Assembly: GCA_044892525.1 (NCBI GenBank)
Contig: CM097885.1
Span: 248,001-312,000, forward strand
From: Schmidtea polychroa
Lineage: Eukaryota
Reading direction: 5' to 3'
DNA length: 64,000 nt
Of the stretch, positions 12,796 to 25,100 are shown one piece after another (the first letter of the stretch is position 1; each line of letters begins with the position of its first letter). A program made the translations under genes and the position numbers. Below the pieces are notes generated by a model, which worked only from the letters and a program-made list of their open reading frames with translations, had not been told where the DNA came from and did not search any database.

Positions 12796-15700
12796 TGTTG
12801 GCGTATGTGGGGAAAGAGAAAATATGCCCACCTGATCATCATACATCCCAAGTACTCTCTTCCGCTCCGATACTTCCCATACATACTCCAAAATGATCAA
12901 ATACATATTCCCACGTATGAGCCCGTGGTGGTGTTCCACGTTGGTGCTGCTCACACGGGTTGGAAAAGGTTAGCAGGTGAGCCCCTGCCTTAGGACTACT
13001 CCTAACCCTTTCTCGGTTCGGGTTCCATGGTGCCATAGAAGGTCTTACCCGTTTCTTCGCTCCTAATTCAGTCCAACCCTGGTCCAAAGGGACGACATTT
13101 GCGCTCGTACTATGTCTCCAGGAGCACCTTTTACTCAAATCAACCACAGCAAATCACACATACCATGAAAAAAAAAATCAAAGACTTCAAACAGTTGTAT
13201 TAAAGCGAAACATAAAAATACATTCACCATTAATTAAATAAGAACAAAACATCAAAGGTCATGTACAGGATAACGTCAACTTCTCCGAGTTCCTTCATAC
13301 CGCACAAAGATTGAGACAAATGAGAAAAAGGAATTCATTACGAAAACACTTCTCCTTCTGCGATCATTTCGTCAATGTCGACGGGCAACCGGCGATCTTC
13401 GAGGAATTTGATGCCGTCGGCCGGAACTACCCGAAATACTTCTTTCGTAGGGATAGAATGGGTGATTGTAATTTCCTTGATCGTCGATTTGGCTGCAGAT
13501 AACGATGCCTCGAGCGCGGCCATGGCGTTTCTGCGCTTCTGATTTTTCTCTGAGCGCGTCGGTCTCTTACGCTTTCGAGGTGGAAGAGTGGCTCCTGCTG
13601 GAGGCCGCGTGAGTGGCGACGCGAGGACTGGAGCCAAGATAGGGTCCGATGGACCGCCAGCCATAGGCCGATAGCCAGAAAGAACTGGGGCGGGAATTGG
13701 TGGCAATTGTAGGCCGTGTCCCTTGCAACTGATGGTTGATGAGGTTTCAGTGGATTGATGGTGTTCCGGGAACACGTTAGTCCCATCTTGTATTGGGTAT
13801 TCGCGAACTCGCTTCGCTATCTCGGATTCCGAATATACTTTGTGCAGTGCCTCTGATTGGGCTTTTATGGTTAGCCTCTGGCATCTGCTCTCCTCCAGGA
13901 GACTGTCACGGCAGTGCTCCAAACGTAGAATTTTTCTCTTCTCTTCCTTCATTTGTGGCGGGGAGAACCACGTGCCTTCGTAAAGGTCGATTCTTTTCTT
14001 TAAAGCCCCGATGTATAGATGAAGCTGCGCGATATCTGCGTTTTTATCTGCGCAGGAGAAACATGGGCGAAGAGTTTTCTCAGCAGTTGTAGGAGTAGTC
14101 ATCTAAAGAATGAGAAGTCCTTTATTTACATCATTAAAATCCTTTCTACTATTTGTTTTCTTTTTATCGTGAGCTTTATCCTGCCACATGTGCATACAAT
14201 CAGGATTGTCCCCCACATCCATACCTTTGACATCACTTAACTCATCCAAACCGTAAACCTTCAAATCAACTCATCATATCGTTCGTAAGGAAGAAAAAAA
14301 AATGAGAACCATCACACGTTATTTCTCTACCCATATTGATATTGTACCTAGGTTCCTGGGTCGACAGTTATCATCTAATCGCAATCAGTTACTCCTTACC
14401 ACTAATATATTTTTTCACTTTTATTTATTATGACCCATTGAAGGTGTGTCTACTCCCTTGCTATTATGGCTTATTGAGTTATGCCTGCTTTAATTTAGAA
14501 GAAGTAGTTCCATGCTGTTGATGCATTTTTGCGCTGTGTTAGGTTAAAACGAATGTGTTAAAAATTATTGTAAGTATTAATTTCCCCCATAAATTATAAT
14601 TTAATTATTTAAATTTTCGCATTTTATGTTGTCATAACGACGCATATTAGTATGTAGTTGTGTACTGGTTTCAGACTCTACCTGATGTGCGCTAATGTGT
14701 ATTATTTAGTTTTACTCAATTATCGCTGTCCTCTCTTAGCAAATTCTAGACATTGTGTCGGTTAGTGTACTTGATCTCGTCGCTTATTTATGCATGCCTA
14801 CGGACACATGCTACTATGACGCAATGATGATGTCGACTCACTCACGTCCCATGTATTAGTGGATTTATCTGTGTGTGGGTTTGGGTCTGCTTATCTCAGT
14901 TATAACATTATTAGCAGATGGGCTAGACGAACGGAAGATAAGGAGTCAGACTTATAGAAATAACGATTGTTATGATTTCAAGATGGCCTAAATCTGTTAT
15001 CGGGTAGCAAATGGATTTAATTTCTATCTCTCTCGTGAATGTTGACTATTCTCAAAAACCTAATCGTTTCATCGACTTGGCGCAAATCGTTCCACAATCG
15101 AACCGCTGGAATATTTTATCTACGCTACTTGCCTCTCTGCAATAGTCGTTTCTCGATCAGATGGAAAATTTATTGATAATTTGTTCGGAATGGTCGATGA
15201 AAATTTCCTTTAGGACTGTAGTAAGTGCTTATGATTAATTAGAACTTTGCTGTTTACTTTCCTGTCAGGACGAATCCTTATCGATGACAGTAGCTAATCG
15301 AAGGTTGATAACTAAGTCTCCTACTCGTCCAATAACATATCACCGCGACGGGTTGAATCGCTAACGTTCTCTTAATTTATCAATTCTTGGAAATATAGAA
15401 TGCTCCAGATTTTTTATCATTCATCAAGAAAACGAAAATGGACGTTAGAATTATCAGTGAGGTTCGAGAATTTCATTACCCTCAAGGATAGTCGGTGTTC
15501 ATATTCTGACGAAAAGAAGTCACCTAGCTCTAAATTGAATATGGCCGAACTCAAACTCGGATTAAATATCGAGAAATGTCGTCAATCTCCTAGAATTTTC
15601 AGTCAGCACGTTGTCGGCATCGAAACAGTATCGCTCAGAAGTTTCCTCAATCGAAAGTTTGCGACGGCTAATTCTCCAGATAGCACTCGATGAAAGGATC

Positions 15701-17040
15701 ATTGACTCGATTCGTTTTCTCTCACAGGGTTTCCTCACCCCTCACAACCCACCCAAGGACAGTACGCATTTCTGCCCACTGCCCTTGGACCGTCGTGAAG
15801 GACAACTCGACCCGACTTATCTCAAATCCTTCTCCAATAAATGTGCAATTAATAAATTCATATATGATCAAACAAATATGGGAATAATGAAATTAAAAGA
15901 AAAATCAAATAAATAAATGTTTACCTGGTGGCCACGCCAGCCGGATTCTGGGTATGATGACTCTTGCTAACGTAGGTTTTTACATTCATTTAGCAATCAT
16001 TGTAATACTAATATCCATGTAGATACTTGGCTGGTTCGGTCAGTGCAATTTCTGAGTATTCATATTCATAAGCTCTCTCTGAAAATGCATACGTAATTTA
16101 GCCGCATCATACCCGAGCTCCAGAGGACGTCGTCGCCAGCATCATAGAGAGAAAGCAACATCTTTTGGTTTTAAATATAAATTTTATTGAAAAATAAAAC
16201 GTCTTTTGATATTAAATTCATAATAAACATTAAAAATATCATACTAAAATTCAAAACATAATTTACCAAAATTCTCCGAAGGTGTTGAGATTGAAATCAA
16301 AGTCTTGTAAATTTTTCCTTAACGTTTTATTCTTCTCAACTGGATTCGATCTCGACTATTATCTGCCTCTAAGTAATATCTGTTATGTCCAAGTATGAAT
16401 ATTGTTCGTAAGTCTGTGCTCGTGAGTGGTTCCTAGCTTAGTCCTGTAGAGTTTCGGGTTAGAATGATAATTTTAAATAAATTTTACCTGTAGAGTTTCG
16501 GGTTAGAATGATACTCTACAGAGTTTTGTTGCTCTTTATATATATTTTTCCGTCCAATCAGGACACACCTTGCTTGTAATTTTGTTATTTATTATTATTT
16601 TATGTTTTTTCTTATCGTAGTATATTATATTTTAATGACCCTACCTATTTCTATTATTGTTTTATTTATTTTCCTATTTTTTATTATTTTTCTCCTATTT
16701 TTCTGTGGTTTTATTGCTATTTTATTTGTAACTTCATTTTTTGTTTTAATTAACCTTATGGATGATTTTATTTTTATTTTGTTTTCCTTTAGTTTTCGTT
16801 TGTTTTTCTTAAATTTTGTGCCATTTTATTTCTCTTTTACTGTTGTGCTCATTGGGTGCCTTCCCTTTTGTCTTATTTCCCCTTTACAGGTTTTGTTATT
16901 TTATTTAGTTATTCTTGTTTCTTTATGGATGTTTAATTTGTTTCTTCCTATGTTTCTCGTAATTTTTATATGTTTTTATTTTATTTACTCTATCTCTTCC
17001 TGGGTTCGTTTTTCCAACACCTTCAGAGCTTGGCCCAACA
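12796..17040 (-). repeat. 3' LTR (4245 bp)
   Basis: Direct repeat of 39113-42807; begins TGTTGG, ends CCAACA. Confidence 0.97.
13338..14102 (-). CDS. 254 aa protein encoded inside the LTR (CxxC, coiled coil, Pro-rich, basic NLS-like PPRKRKRP)
   Basis: ATG directly preceded by the acceptor-like TTCTTTAG; intact only in this LTR copy. Confidence 0.6.
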   Translation of the reverse strand: MTTPTTAEKTLRPCFSCADKNADIAQLHLYIGALKKRIDLYEGTWFSPPQMKEEKRKILRLEHCRDSLLEESRCQRLTIKAQSEALHKVYSESEIAKRVREYPIQDGTNVFPEHHQSTETSSTISCKGHGLQLPPIPAPVLSGYRPMAGGPSDPILAPVLASPLTRPPAGATLPPRKRKRPTRSEKNQKRRNAMAALEASLSAAKSTIKEITITHSIPTKEVFRVVPADGIKFLEDRRLPVDIDEMIAEGEVFS

Positions 17041-17295
17041 AATCACTCCGGGGGCCGTTAAAATTGCGTCCCGCAATTCACACAATATCATACATTTAGA
17101 TCATATCTTCTTTCGGTATAACCCATAATCTCACAATCAAAATCCACACAAACATAAAATCAAATTAACAAAAAAATACTTTAATTAAACAGAGAAAATG
17201 ACAAATATAAGCAAGCAGTGGCCACTTAAGGTGACCGGTTTCATCAGAAGATAATAAAACAGCAAAAATTTTGTCAATAGTTACAGTTCGAAATG

Positions 17296-17955
17296 TTATG
17301 TTTGTTGTTCGGTTGCCGTTGATGATGGATGATTTGGTTGTTGGGTTTCGATGTTGTAGTATATTCGGCGACTTGTGGACGGTCTGACTGTTTCTGCGAT
17401 GGAGGTTCGTTGTCGGAGATTTTCTTGGATTACGTCAGCCATATTAGCTTCTTGGGATCTTCGAGACGATCTTTCCGGTACGGGGTGACTTTTCTTCCAA
17501 ACTTGGTAGATATTATGGATTTTTAGGAGGATGATTACCATGATTACGGTGGTTTCGACGATTACCACGTAGAGGAGTTCATGGTGGTCATTTATTTCTT
17601 TGGCGATTTCTACTGGTTCGACTGGGTTTTGTATTTCTTGATGTTGGACCTGCTGTTCTAGCTGATCGAGTTGGTGAATTTGGTCCAGGATTCTTTTATC
17701 AATGATTTTGCACATGGGGTGGTTATTATAGATTAATCTGATATTGTTGACGTACGTTCGGGTAACTCGAATGTTGTCGGTAAGACGGGTTTTTATGATA
17801 CTTGGATAGAGGCATGATTTGGCTGTTGGTTCGGTCTTTTGGTGGGATTTTCTGCTGTCTCGAATATGTTCAATTTCGGGCTTTACGGGTTGTCGCCTTG
17901 TCAGATCAAGGATTATTGTCATCATCAGAATTATTATGATTGGTTTGTTTTTCAT
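17296..17955 (-). CDS. Accessory ORF: predicted type I membrane protein
   Basis: N-terminal hydrophobic run (PIIIILMMTIILDL), second hydrophobic run (LLYVVIVETTVIMVIILL), acceptor ATATCAG just before the ATG at 17955. Confidence 0.7.
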   Translation of the reverse strand: MKNKPIIIILMMTIILDLTRRQPVKPEIEHIRDSRKSHQKTEPTAKSCLYPSIIKTRLTDNIRVTRTYVNNIRLIYNNHPMCKIIDKRILDQIHQLDQLEQQVQHQEIQNPVEPVEIAKEINDHHELLYVVIVETTVIMVIILLKIHNIYQVWKKSHPVPERSSRRSQEANMADVIQENLRQRTSIAETVRPSTSRRIYYNIETQQPNHPSSTATEQQT

Positions 17956-18014
17956 ACTACTGATATACATTTAGTAATTTTACACACATTTATATACATC
18001 GCTTTTTGTCGGTT

Positions 18015-18722
18015 TTAATTTTGTCGTTTCTTTTTAGGGTTTTTCTCCCGGATTCGCATTAATTTAGACTCCGCTTTAATGACTCTATGTCGGAGTTCCG
18101 GCAACATTTCTAGTTGCCTCTCTTTCTCCTGGACCTTGTCTGTCAAGTGTCTTATCTCTCTTTTCAAGGTTTTTATCTCCTTCTTCTTTTCTTTCAGGTT
18201 CCGTTCCAGTTCCAATTGTAGGAAATCATTTTCCTCTGGGTCGTTTGTCTTTGAGTTTTGTTTCTGCCGTTTTGTTTCTATTTCTCGATATTTACTATTC
18301 CATTTCTCCATTTCTGTACTTTCTTGTACTTTTACTTCCAGCTGGTTTTCCAACTCCTTGATGGTTTCTTGTCGTTTCCTTGCTTCCGTTTTCCAATAAT
18401 CTTCGATTACTTCGTTTTCCTTGAAACTGGCTCTCTCCTGCCATAATTCTTCCGCGATCTTTTCCCAATTTCTCCCTCGCTTTCTTTGTTCGTGAAGCCA
18501 TTCGTTTTCTACTTCTACTTCTTTCTTTATTTCCTCCAATGTTTTGCATTCCCTTTTTAGCACCTTTATCATTCTTCGATCATCCATATATTTGTCTATC
18601 ATCCTTTCTTTTTCCTGTTTCTCCTCTATCAACTCGTCCTTCGGCGTTTTCATTTTTATGGGGTCTGTTTCAATTTCTCCCTCTTCTAGCTCGGTCATGG
18701 TGGATATTTCTTCTATTTTCAT
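18015..18722 (-). CDS. Accessory ORF: coiled-coil protein
   Basis: E/K/R-rich heptads; likely start MKIEEIS after the acceptor TTGTAG. Confidence 0.75.
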   Translation of the reverse strand: MKIEEISTMTELEEGEIETDPIKMKTPKDELIEEKQEKERMIDKYMDDRRMIKVLKRECKTLEEIKKEVEVENEWLHEQRKRGRNWEKIAEELWQERASFKENEVIEDYWKTEARKRQETIKELENQLEVKVQESTEMEKWNSKYREIETKRQKQNSKTNDPEENDFLQLELERNLKEKKKEIKTLKREIRHLTDKVQEKERQLEMLPELRHRVIKAESKLMRIREKNPKKKRQN

Positions 18723-18883
18723 GTCTACAATATTTACAATTAATAGTGCGCTACAGTGCGGCTTATACTTATACATTTATAGGTAATTTTATATAATCAG
18801 GGTAAATATTTTTATCGTACTAATAATTTTTTGTTGGGATACAGGTCCCGATTTTTTATATATTTTATCTTTTCCATTTATCT

Positions 18884-19921
18884 TTATGCAAAGGTTTCTT
18901 CCTGGCCTACGTATCCCTCATCGCTTTCTACTGACGTTTGTAGTTGGAGTGCGATGGGATCGAATGGGATGTAGTACCGGGGAATCTGCGCTCTAAGCTC
19001 CTGAACTTCGTCTCTTAGCGCTCTTGACACGTTGAGTTCCTCGTCCAACAGGTATGTTAGATACCTGGTTTCGTCGTCCCTTACCTCGATCTGTTTTTCT
19101 AACTCCTCCGCCTTTTCGCCGTTCTCCCATTTTTTGATCTCCTTTTCGAGGTTCTTGATATTTTCGTCATACATCTTTCTCTCGTTTTCCAATTTCTTGT
19201 TCTTACCGGCTAGCACTATATTCCTTTGTTCTAGTGCCCCCTTATAGCCGTTATTGTCTCTTTCAAGATCTGCCACCTTGTTTACGAGTTCGACGATTCT
19301 ACCTGACTGTTGTAGGATCATCTCTTCCATGGCGGTATTCTCCTGTTCCTTTATAGACAGTTTCATGGCCAGATGCCTTTCAAATTCCATGGCCTTGGTC
19401 TGCCAGGTTTGACTTCTAGCTGCTACTTTCCGGAGCCTTCTTAGCTCTTCTTTCTGATCCAGGTTTTCTTCCCATTTCCCTTGATTACTCTCGTGTTCCA
19501 ATCTCTGCGGTAATTCTCTCATCTCTTTTTGGATTTCTCGATGTTGTTTTTTCCACTTTCTGGCTTCTGCTAGTAGTTGGCGGGTCTTTCTTTCCTCCTT
19601 TTGTTTTTCTATTTCCCGCTTCTTATTCTCATCCGTTAGTCTTTTTCTTGACTCTTGTACCAGCTGCTTCAGGTAATGCCCGTGTGCCTCTTGCCTGGTA
19701 TTTTCTAATGCCGACCATTTGGCGGCTCTTTTGCAGGCCTCGGCCTCCGCCCGTAAATTCTGTACTAACCACTGGAACTGGTGGTTTTCCCACTCTCTTG
19801 CCTCCTCGAGGTAATTTCGTGTTTGATTTGATAATTGTGCCATCACTTTGGCCCATCTTTCTCTATGTATTCTACTGATGTTTATTTCGTTATTTGGGGC
19901 TTCCGTTTGATCTTGAGTCAT
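18884..19921 (-). CDS. Accessory ORF: 345 aa coiled-coil protein
   Basis: Long uninterrupted ORF, heptad pattern, acceptor TATTTAG 6 nt before the ATG. Confidence 0.8.
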   Translation of the reverse strand: MTQDQTEAPNNEINISRIHRERWAKVMAQLSNQTRNYLEEAREWENHQFQWLVQNLRAEAEACKRAAKWSALENTRQEAHGHYLKQLVQESRKRLTDENKKREIEKQKEERKTRQLLAEARKWKKQHREIQKEMRELPQRLEHESNQGKWEENLDQKEELRRLRKVAARSQTWQTKAMEFERHLAMKLSIKEQENTAMEEMILQQSGRIVELVNKVADLERDNNGYKGALEQRNIVLAGKNKKLENERKMYDENIKNLEKEIKKWENGEKAEELEKQIEVRDDETRYLTYLLDEELNVSRALRDEVQELRAQIPRYYIPFDPIALQLQTSVESDEGYVGQEETFA

Positions 19922-20139
19922 CTTTGTCTAAATAACGATATCATTAACTCAACGTTGTACGCTTATATCTGGTTTATTATTTATTTATTTTTACAATTCG
20001 TTATAGGAGTTGTTTTAGAAGTTTTACGCTTAAGTTTACTTTTAGTAGATTTGGGGGATTTTTCTACACTACTATATAATGTTTTACGGGGTATATATGC
20101 CGATATTTACAATTAGTATATACAAAATTATTCGTCTCT

Positions 20140-21528
20140 CTACTCAGTCCTACTCTTCCCGTCTCGCCTCACCGCTATTTTTATGTATATAGTGTCGTTT
20201 CTCGTCATGTCTTCTACTTTCCGCTGTAGGATGAAATTCGGTGCTCCAGTTGCTGGTCCTTCTTCTTCCAAGGGCCTTTGGTAACATACGAGGTTTCCCG
20301 CTGTATGGAAACTCTGTTCATGTATACTTTGATAGTTCATCATTGCGAGGTCTATTTTTGCTTTGAATGGCCATTCTATTAACTCGTCGTATAGCCCTTT
20401 GCACATCAAGAAAAATACTGAGAAATGCGTTCCGTATGCACTTCCATCCCCATTGGGGTATGCTTTCATTTTCATTTTATACCCGTTTTTCCATGAGTAG
20501 AATGCTGGACTTAGTAATGTTGTATCCTTTCCATTTCTCGCTCTCTGCATCTTCTCTTTTACTCCCGTTATTTTCCATATGTATGGCGCCGTTGGTATTA
20601 ATTCGTTGAGGTTTAATTCGCTTACTCTTTGATGTAGTTCTTTCACCATAATGTTGCTAGTTTCCACTAGGTCTGTCTGTATCTTTGTACTTGTTCTCGC
20701 CTCCTCAAATGCTTCCTTTTCTTCCAATAACTCTTTTACCAACGCTTTTAGCGAGACCATTTCTTTCTCTAAGTTTTCGGTTTTCCTTTCGTTTTCTTGT
20801 AATACCGTTGACCATATTTCCGCGTGTGTTGATACGTTTTCTGCTAGATGTTGGGGTAATTCTCCTCGGTGTAATTGTTTCTGACATCCCCATTTTCCTA
20901 GCACACACGTTATCTTTTTCCTTTCACATTCTCTGAGATGTTGAGCGAGTCTTATTACTCCAGATTTATCGCATTTATTGGGACATTCTCCTCTGAACCC
21001 TGCGCACACTTTCTCCTCTTGTATGTTGTGATGTTGACTGATTAATTTTTTCCAGGTGTCGGTTTCTCCGCAATACTCACATTTCTCCAGTCTTTCTTCG
21101 CATCGACTTTGATGTTCTGCTTCTTCATTGACTTTAATCTCTTCTTGGCAACGTTTGCATTGACTGATTTTATATTCACATTGCTCCATATGTTGCCTCA
21201 CTTCCCATATCCCTCCTCGCCAATTGCATGGGGTGTTTTTACATCCTAAATTTGAATTTAACATATCTTTCACGGCTGCTTTATCTTCGTTTGTATCTCC
21301 CAAACTTGTTATCATGGTTTCTTTACATACTGGGCACCATTGTGGTCCCTTCTTTATTATCTCCTCTACACATTCTCTGCACATTCTGCATCCACATCTG
21401 GTTTGGTGAGGTTCTCTTAATAAGCTCTTGCATATTCCACACGTTACATGGTTGTGTATTCGAATTGTGGTGGACTTTCTGACTTGTTCAACAATTTCTT
21501 TGAATTCTTCTCGTTGTCGCTTATCCAT
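20140..21528 (-). CDS. TRAF: TNF receptor-associated factor (TRAF)-like E3 ligase/adaptor, intronless
   Basis: RING (CGIC..LLREPHQTRCGCRMCRECV..CPVC), several TRAF zinc fingers, coiled coil, MATH domain (YIWKI..LLSPAFYS..GYKM..YPNGDG..GTHFSVF..GLYD..WPF..NDTIYIK). Confidence 0.95.
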   Translation of the reverse strand: MDKRQREEFKEIVEQVRKSTTIRIHNHVTCGICKSLLREPHQTRCGCRMCRECVEEIIKKGPQWCPVCKETMITSLGDTNEDKAAVKDMLNSNLGCKNTPCNWRGGIWEVRQHMEQCEYKISQCKRCQEEIKVNEEAEHQSRCEERLEKCEYCGETDTWKKLISQHHNIQEEKVCAGFRGECPNKCDKSGVIRLAQHLRECERKKITCVLGKWGCQKQLHRGELPQHLAENVSTHAEIWSTVLQENERKTENLEKEMVSLKALVKELLEEKEAFEEARTSTKIQTDLVETSNIMVKELHQRVSELNLNELIPTAPYIWKITGVKEKMQRARNGKDTTLLSPAFYSWKNGYKMKMKAYPNGDGSAYGTHFSVFFLMCKGLYDELIEWPFKAKIDLAMMNYQSIHEQSFHTAGNLVCYQRPLEEEGPATGAPNFILQRKVEDMTRNDTIYIKIAVRRDGKSRTE

Positions 21529-21617
21529 TTCTATAATTATATATATACATATATTCGTTACTGGTACAGTTTCGTATTTTTATTTACAGTTATTTACATT
21601 GCTATTTTAGGTTATAT

Positions 21618-21977
21618 TTATTGGCTGGAAGAGTCGGCCTCTTGTCCGCCCTCTTCCCTACTGGTTAACCATTCTGACCAGTCTTCTATCTCCTCTCGCT
21701 CCATCTCTTCCGCGATTCTTATTAACTCCTCTTCTTGCACCTGGCTGTATCGTGATATTCGGTCTATCTCTCGCTGCATTTGTTCTATTTTTATTCGTTG
21801 GTCTTCGATTATTCTTACATAACTGAAGCCTTTATTTAAACTTTCGACTAAGCTTCTTTGTACAGCGAGTCCTTGTTCCTGTAAATTCGAAATCACTTGA
21901 GTTAACATTGCACATTGTTGTTTCCACATTTCCTCGGTTGTCGTACTGTGATTTACTTCCTCGCCTATTCGCTCCAT
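21618..21977 (-). CDS. Accessory ORF: small acidic coiled-coil protein
   Basis: Open frame between pol and TRAF; first ATG at 21977. Confidence 0.6.
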   Translation of the reverse strand: MERIGEEVNHSTTTEEMWKQQCAMLTQVISNLQEQGLAVQRSLVESLNKGFSYVRIIEDQRIKIEQMQREIDRISRYSQVQEEELIRIAEEMEREEIEDWSEWLTSREEGGQEADSSSQ

Positions 21978-22145
21978 TCTTAATTTATATATACTTTTCA
22001 ACCCTTATCCAATTTTATTTTTATATTATTTATCCCCATCGTTATATAATATTGATACCGCGGTTATATAAAAATATATCATACTGTTATATAAATAAAT
22101 ATTATCTACTTACTTTTTACAATCTATATACAGTCATAATCCTTT

Positions 22146-25100
22146 CTATATACGTGAGCTTGGAGGGCGCTGAGCATTCCAGGCCTCCACCCACTGTTCC
22201 TGCTTGATATTACTTGGTCGTTTTACATGATGTTGAAAATTTCTTATTCTGGCCATTTCTAGTTCTCCGCGATGCCGTCTATCTTTGATTATTTTTATTG
22301 TCCCCCCCGTTATGATTAAAAAGGCCCCTGTTATTATTATGCCGCTGATCCACATCATCTGTTTTACGCTTATAATTTCCGCTTTTTCCTTGTTCATTAT
22401 TGTTGATATTGCCTCTGTGCTTTTTAGATTACCGTCTTTGCCATTTCCTTTTATCATTCCTCGTATTCTTGCTATTTCCTCGTTCATACCTTCCTTTGCC
22501 ATTTTTTGTATTTTCTCCATCTCTTCCTCTGATACATAATTGACCTGATATTTCTCACCGGTTTTCTTGCGTTTTCCTTGCTCATCTTTTTCATCATTGA
22601 TTTTTCTTTTCTTCCCTCTTTTCCCAGGGTATCGTCGACATTCTCTTTCTGGACCGTTTCTCAGGATATAGACCGTATATTCCTTTGGTGGTTGTTGTTG
22701 CGTTACGTATTGTAGACAATTTTCTCCTGGTCCTAGCCTTGAAATACACACTTTGTGCTCTTTTCTTGGTTGAAGCTGTGTTATCACTATTTCACCTCCT
22801 TTACTTAGGTGTACCTCTTTCCATTTGACTTTTGTTATTTTCTTCCCGTTTCGATGTTGGTATGCTTCTTGTATTCCCACTTCCGTTATTGGTTCTGCAT
22901 CTTCATTTTTTAACACTAGTCTCTGATAAGCTCTAGACATACATCTTCCTAATATACACCTTTCTTTTAAATCCCATTCCTCTTTTAGATCCCATTGCTG
23001 CTCTTGTACTTGTTTTTTCTTTTCTTGTTTTAGTTCTTCCTCTTTGTTGTCCTTATTTTCCGTTTCTTTGGCTTCTTTTATCGTTCTCATTCCTCCCTGG
23101 GCTGTTATCATTTCCACCATTGTTAATACGAGTATCATTATCATCATATTTGTCTCCATTTCTTTGTTGGTAAAAAGTAGACATACCCTCTGTTTTCCAC
23201 TATTCGTCTTTTCTTCTTGCTTTATTCGGTTTCTCGGGTTATTTTCCTCTTTTTTCCTACTCGCGTCGTTATTTTCTTGATTATTCTCCTCTGATTTCTC
23301 TTTCTCTTTATTCCCGTTTCGACCTTTTTCGTTATTATCGTCGTCTTTATCGTCTTTATCTCCCCCGCTATCGTTTAAAATGTCGTCCTCGACATTTATA
23401 TCATTCAACAATCTGCGGTATGCCGTTAGCACTCTGTTTCTTGCTAATTTTGCTTCGAATTCGAACTCCTTTCTGCCTGTTGCTACATGTCTCTTTCTTT
23501 TCCATTCTTTCACTAATTCTCTTAATTGTATCCGACGATGTTTTCCGATTCGCTTTTGTTCGTTTAGATTCTGCGTGAATTTGAGATCTTCCCTGTTTAA
23601 TACGATCATTATGATTTTTGGAGTTCCTCCTTTTGTTAGTGTATTTTTAACCATAGCATTTTCTCCGTTTTCGTAAAACTCATTTATATTTATTGCATAT
23701 TTATTGCTTTGCGGTATTTTCCATGTTAACAATAACTTCATGGCTTCTAAGCTCATCCGTATCGTGTTCCATTGGAACTGCGACGTGTTTTTACAGATAT
23801 TTTCTACCTCAGTTCTTGTAGCATTTTTACAAATGAATCTAATCATTTCCAAGTTTGGTTGTATTGTTGCCCAATCCATGGCAGAATTTCCTTCGTTTGA
23901 TATTTCGTCAAGTCTCGAACCTGATTGATGTAGTATATGTAAGGTTTTCGGGTGTATCTTTGTTATTGCTGCATACATCATTGCTGTTTCTCCTTGTTCA
24001 TTTTTTGCATTAGATTCTTCTCCCAAGTCTCTAAGAATTCTTATGATGGTTATTGCTCTGTTTTCTTTTGCTGCTAAAATGGCTTGTTGTAATGGTGTTC
24101 TTGAATCTTTTGTTGGTAAGGTGAATGCTAGTGGTATAAATGCTTTTATTTTTCCTATGTCTAGATTTGTGGTCTGGTCTCTCGCGTAGGTGTGTACTGC
24201 TTTTGTTATTTTTGCTAGTATCGCTTCATCGGATAGATCTTGCATTTCTTCAAAGAATACTTCTTTAGCCTTACGTATTACTATCTCTTGGTCGGAGTTT
24301 ATTATCTTTGGTTTACTTGTTGTTGCTATATCGCTTATTATTTGATCGACTCGTTTCTCAGACTCTCTTACTGTTATTTTCTTGATTTTTATCTTTTTCT
24401 TGTTCGAACTGTTAATGCGTTCCTCTGCCGTTAGAACTTGAATAATACTTAGGTAAGTTTCTCGAATGTTATTCATATTTTCCATCATATATAATACACT
24501 CACGGTTTCCCAAAATTTTACTTGTACTTTATCGGTAAATTGAGATATAGCTTTTTCGAAGTCGGTAATTCGTTTTCTGATTAGTTGTTCGTCTTTGTGA
24601 TTTGAGAACTTTATGCCACGTTGTAGTAGTTGATTTGGAATTTCGAATAGGTGATGTCCTCTCATCGCTTCTCTCATCAAGGTGTTTTCTCCTTTGGTAA
24701 ATGTTTCGTTTATATCTACCATATAATCGTTTTTGATCGGGTTCCTCCATGCAATTAGTAATCCAGCAATTGTTATTAATTTCTCTTTGATTGCAGTTAA
24801 TAGCCCGTCATACATGTTTCCTATCTCCCTATTATCCTCGTATGATAATAGATCTACTAAGATTATGAAGGCTTTCGTACTTTTCCCTTCGATTGCATGA
24901 TGTAGTGCATTTTTCTGGTTGTCATCCTGTGTGGTTATCTTTGACCCAGTTTCAAGTAATGCGATAATAATATCTTTAGCTTTATCCCGATTGGCTGCTA
25001 TCATTAGTGGAGTGTAACCTTGGTTGTTTTCTTGATCCGTCGAAATGTTACAGTCGCGAAATGCTTCGATCGTTTCCAGTATTTGTTCATTATTCCCGAC

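Noticed and set aside
16602..17099. Hydrophobic Phe/Leu/Ile-rich ORF in the LTR (also 42471-42875)
   Set aside because: Product of T-rich low-complexity sequence; differs by a frameshift between LTR copies and runs across the LTR boundary.
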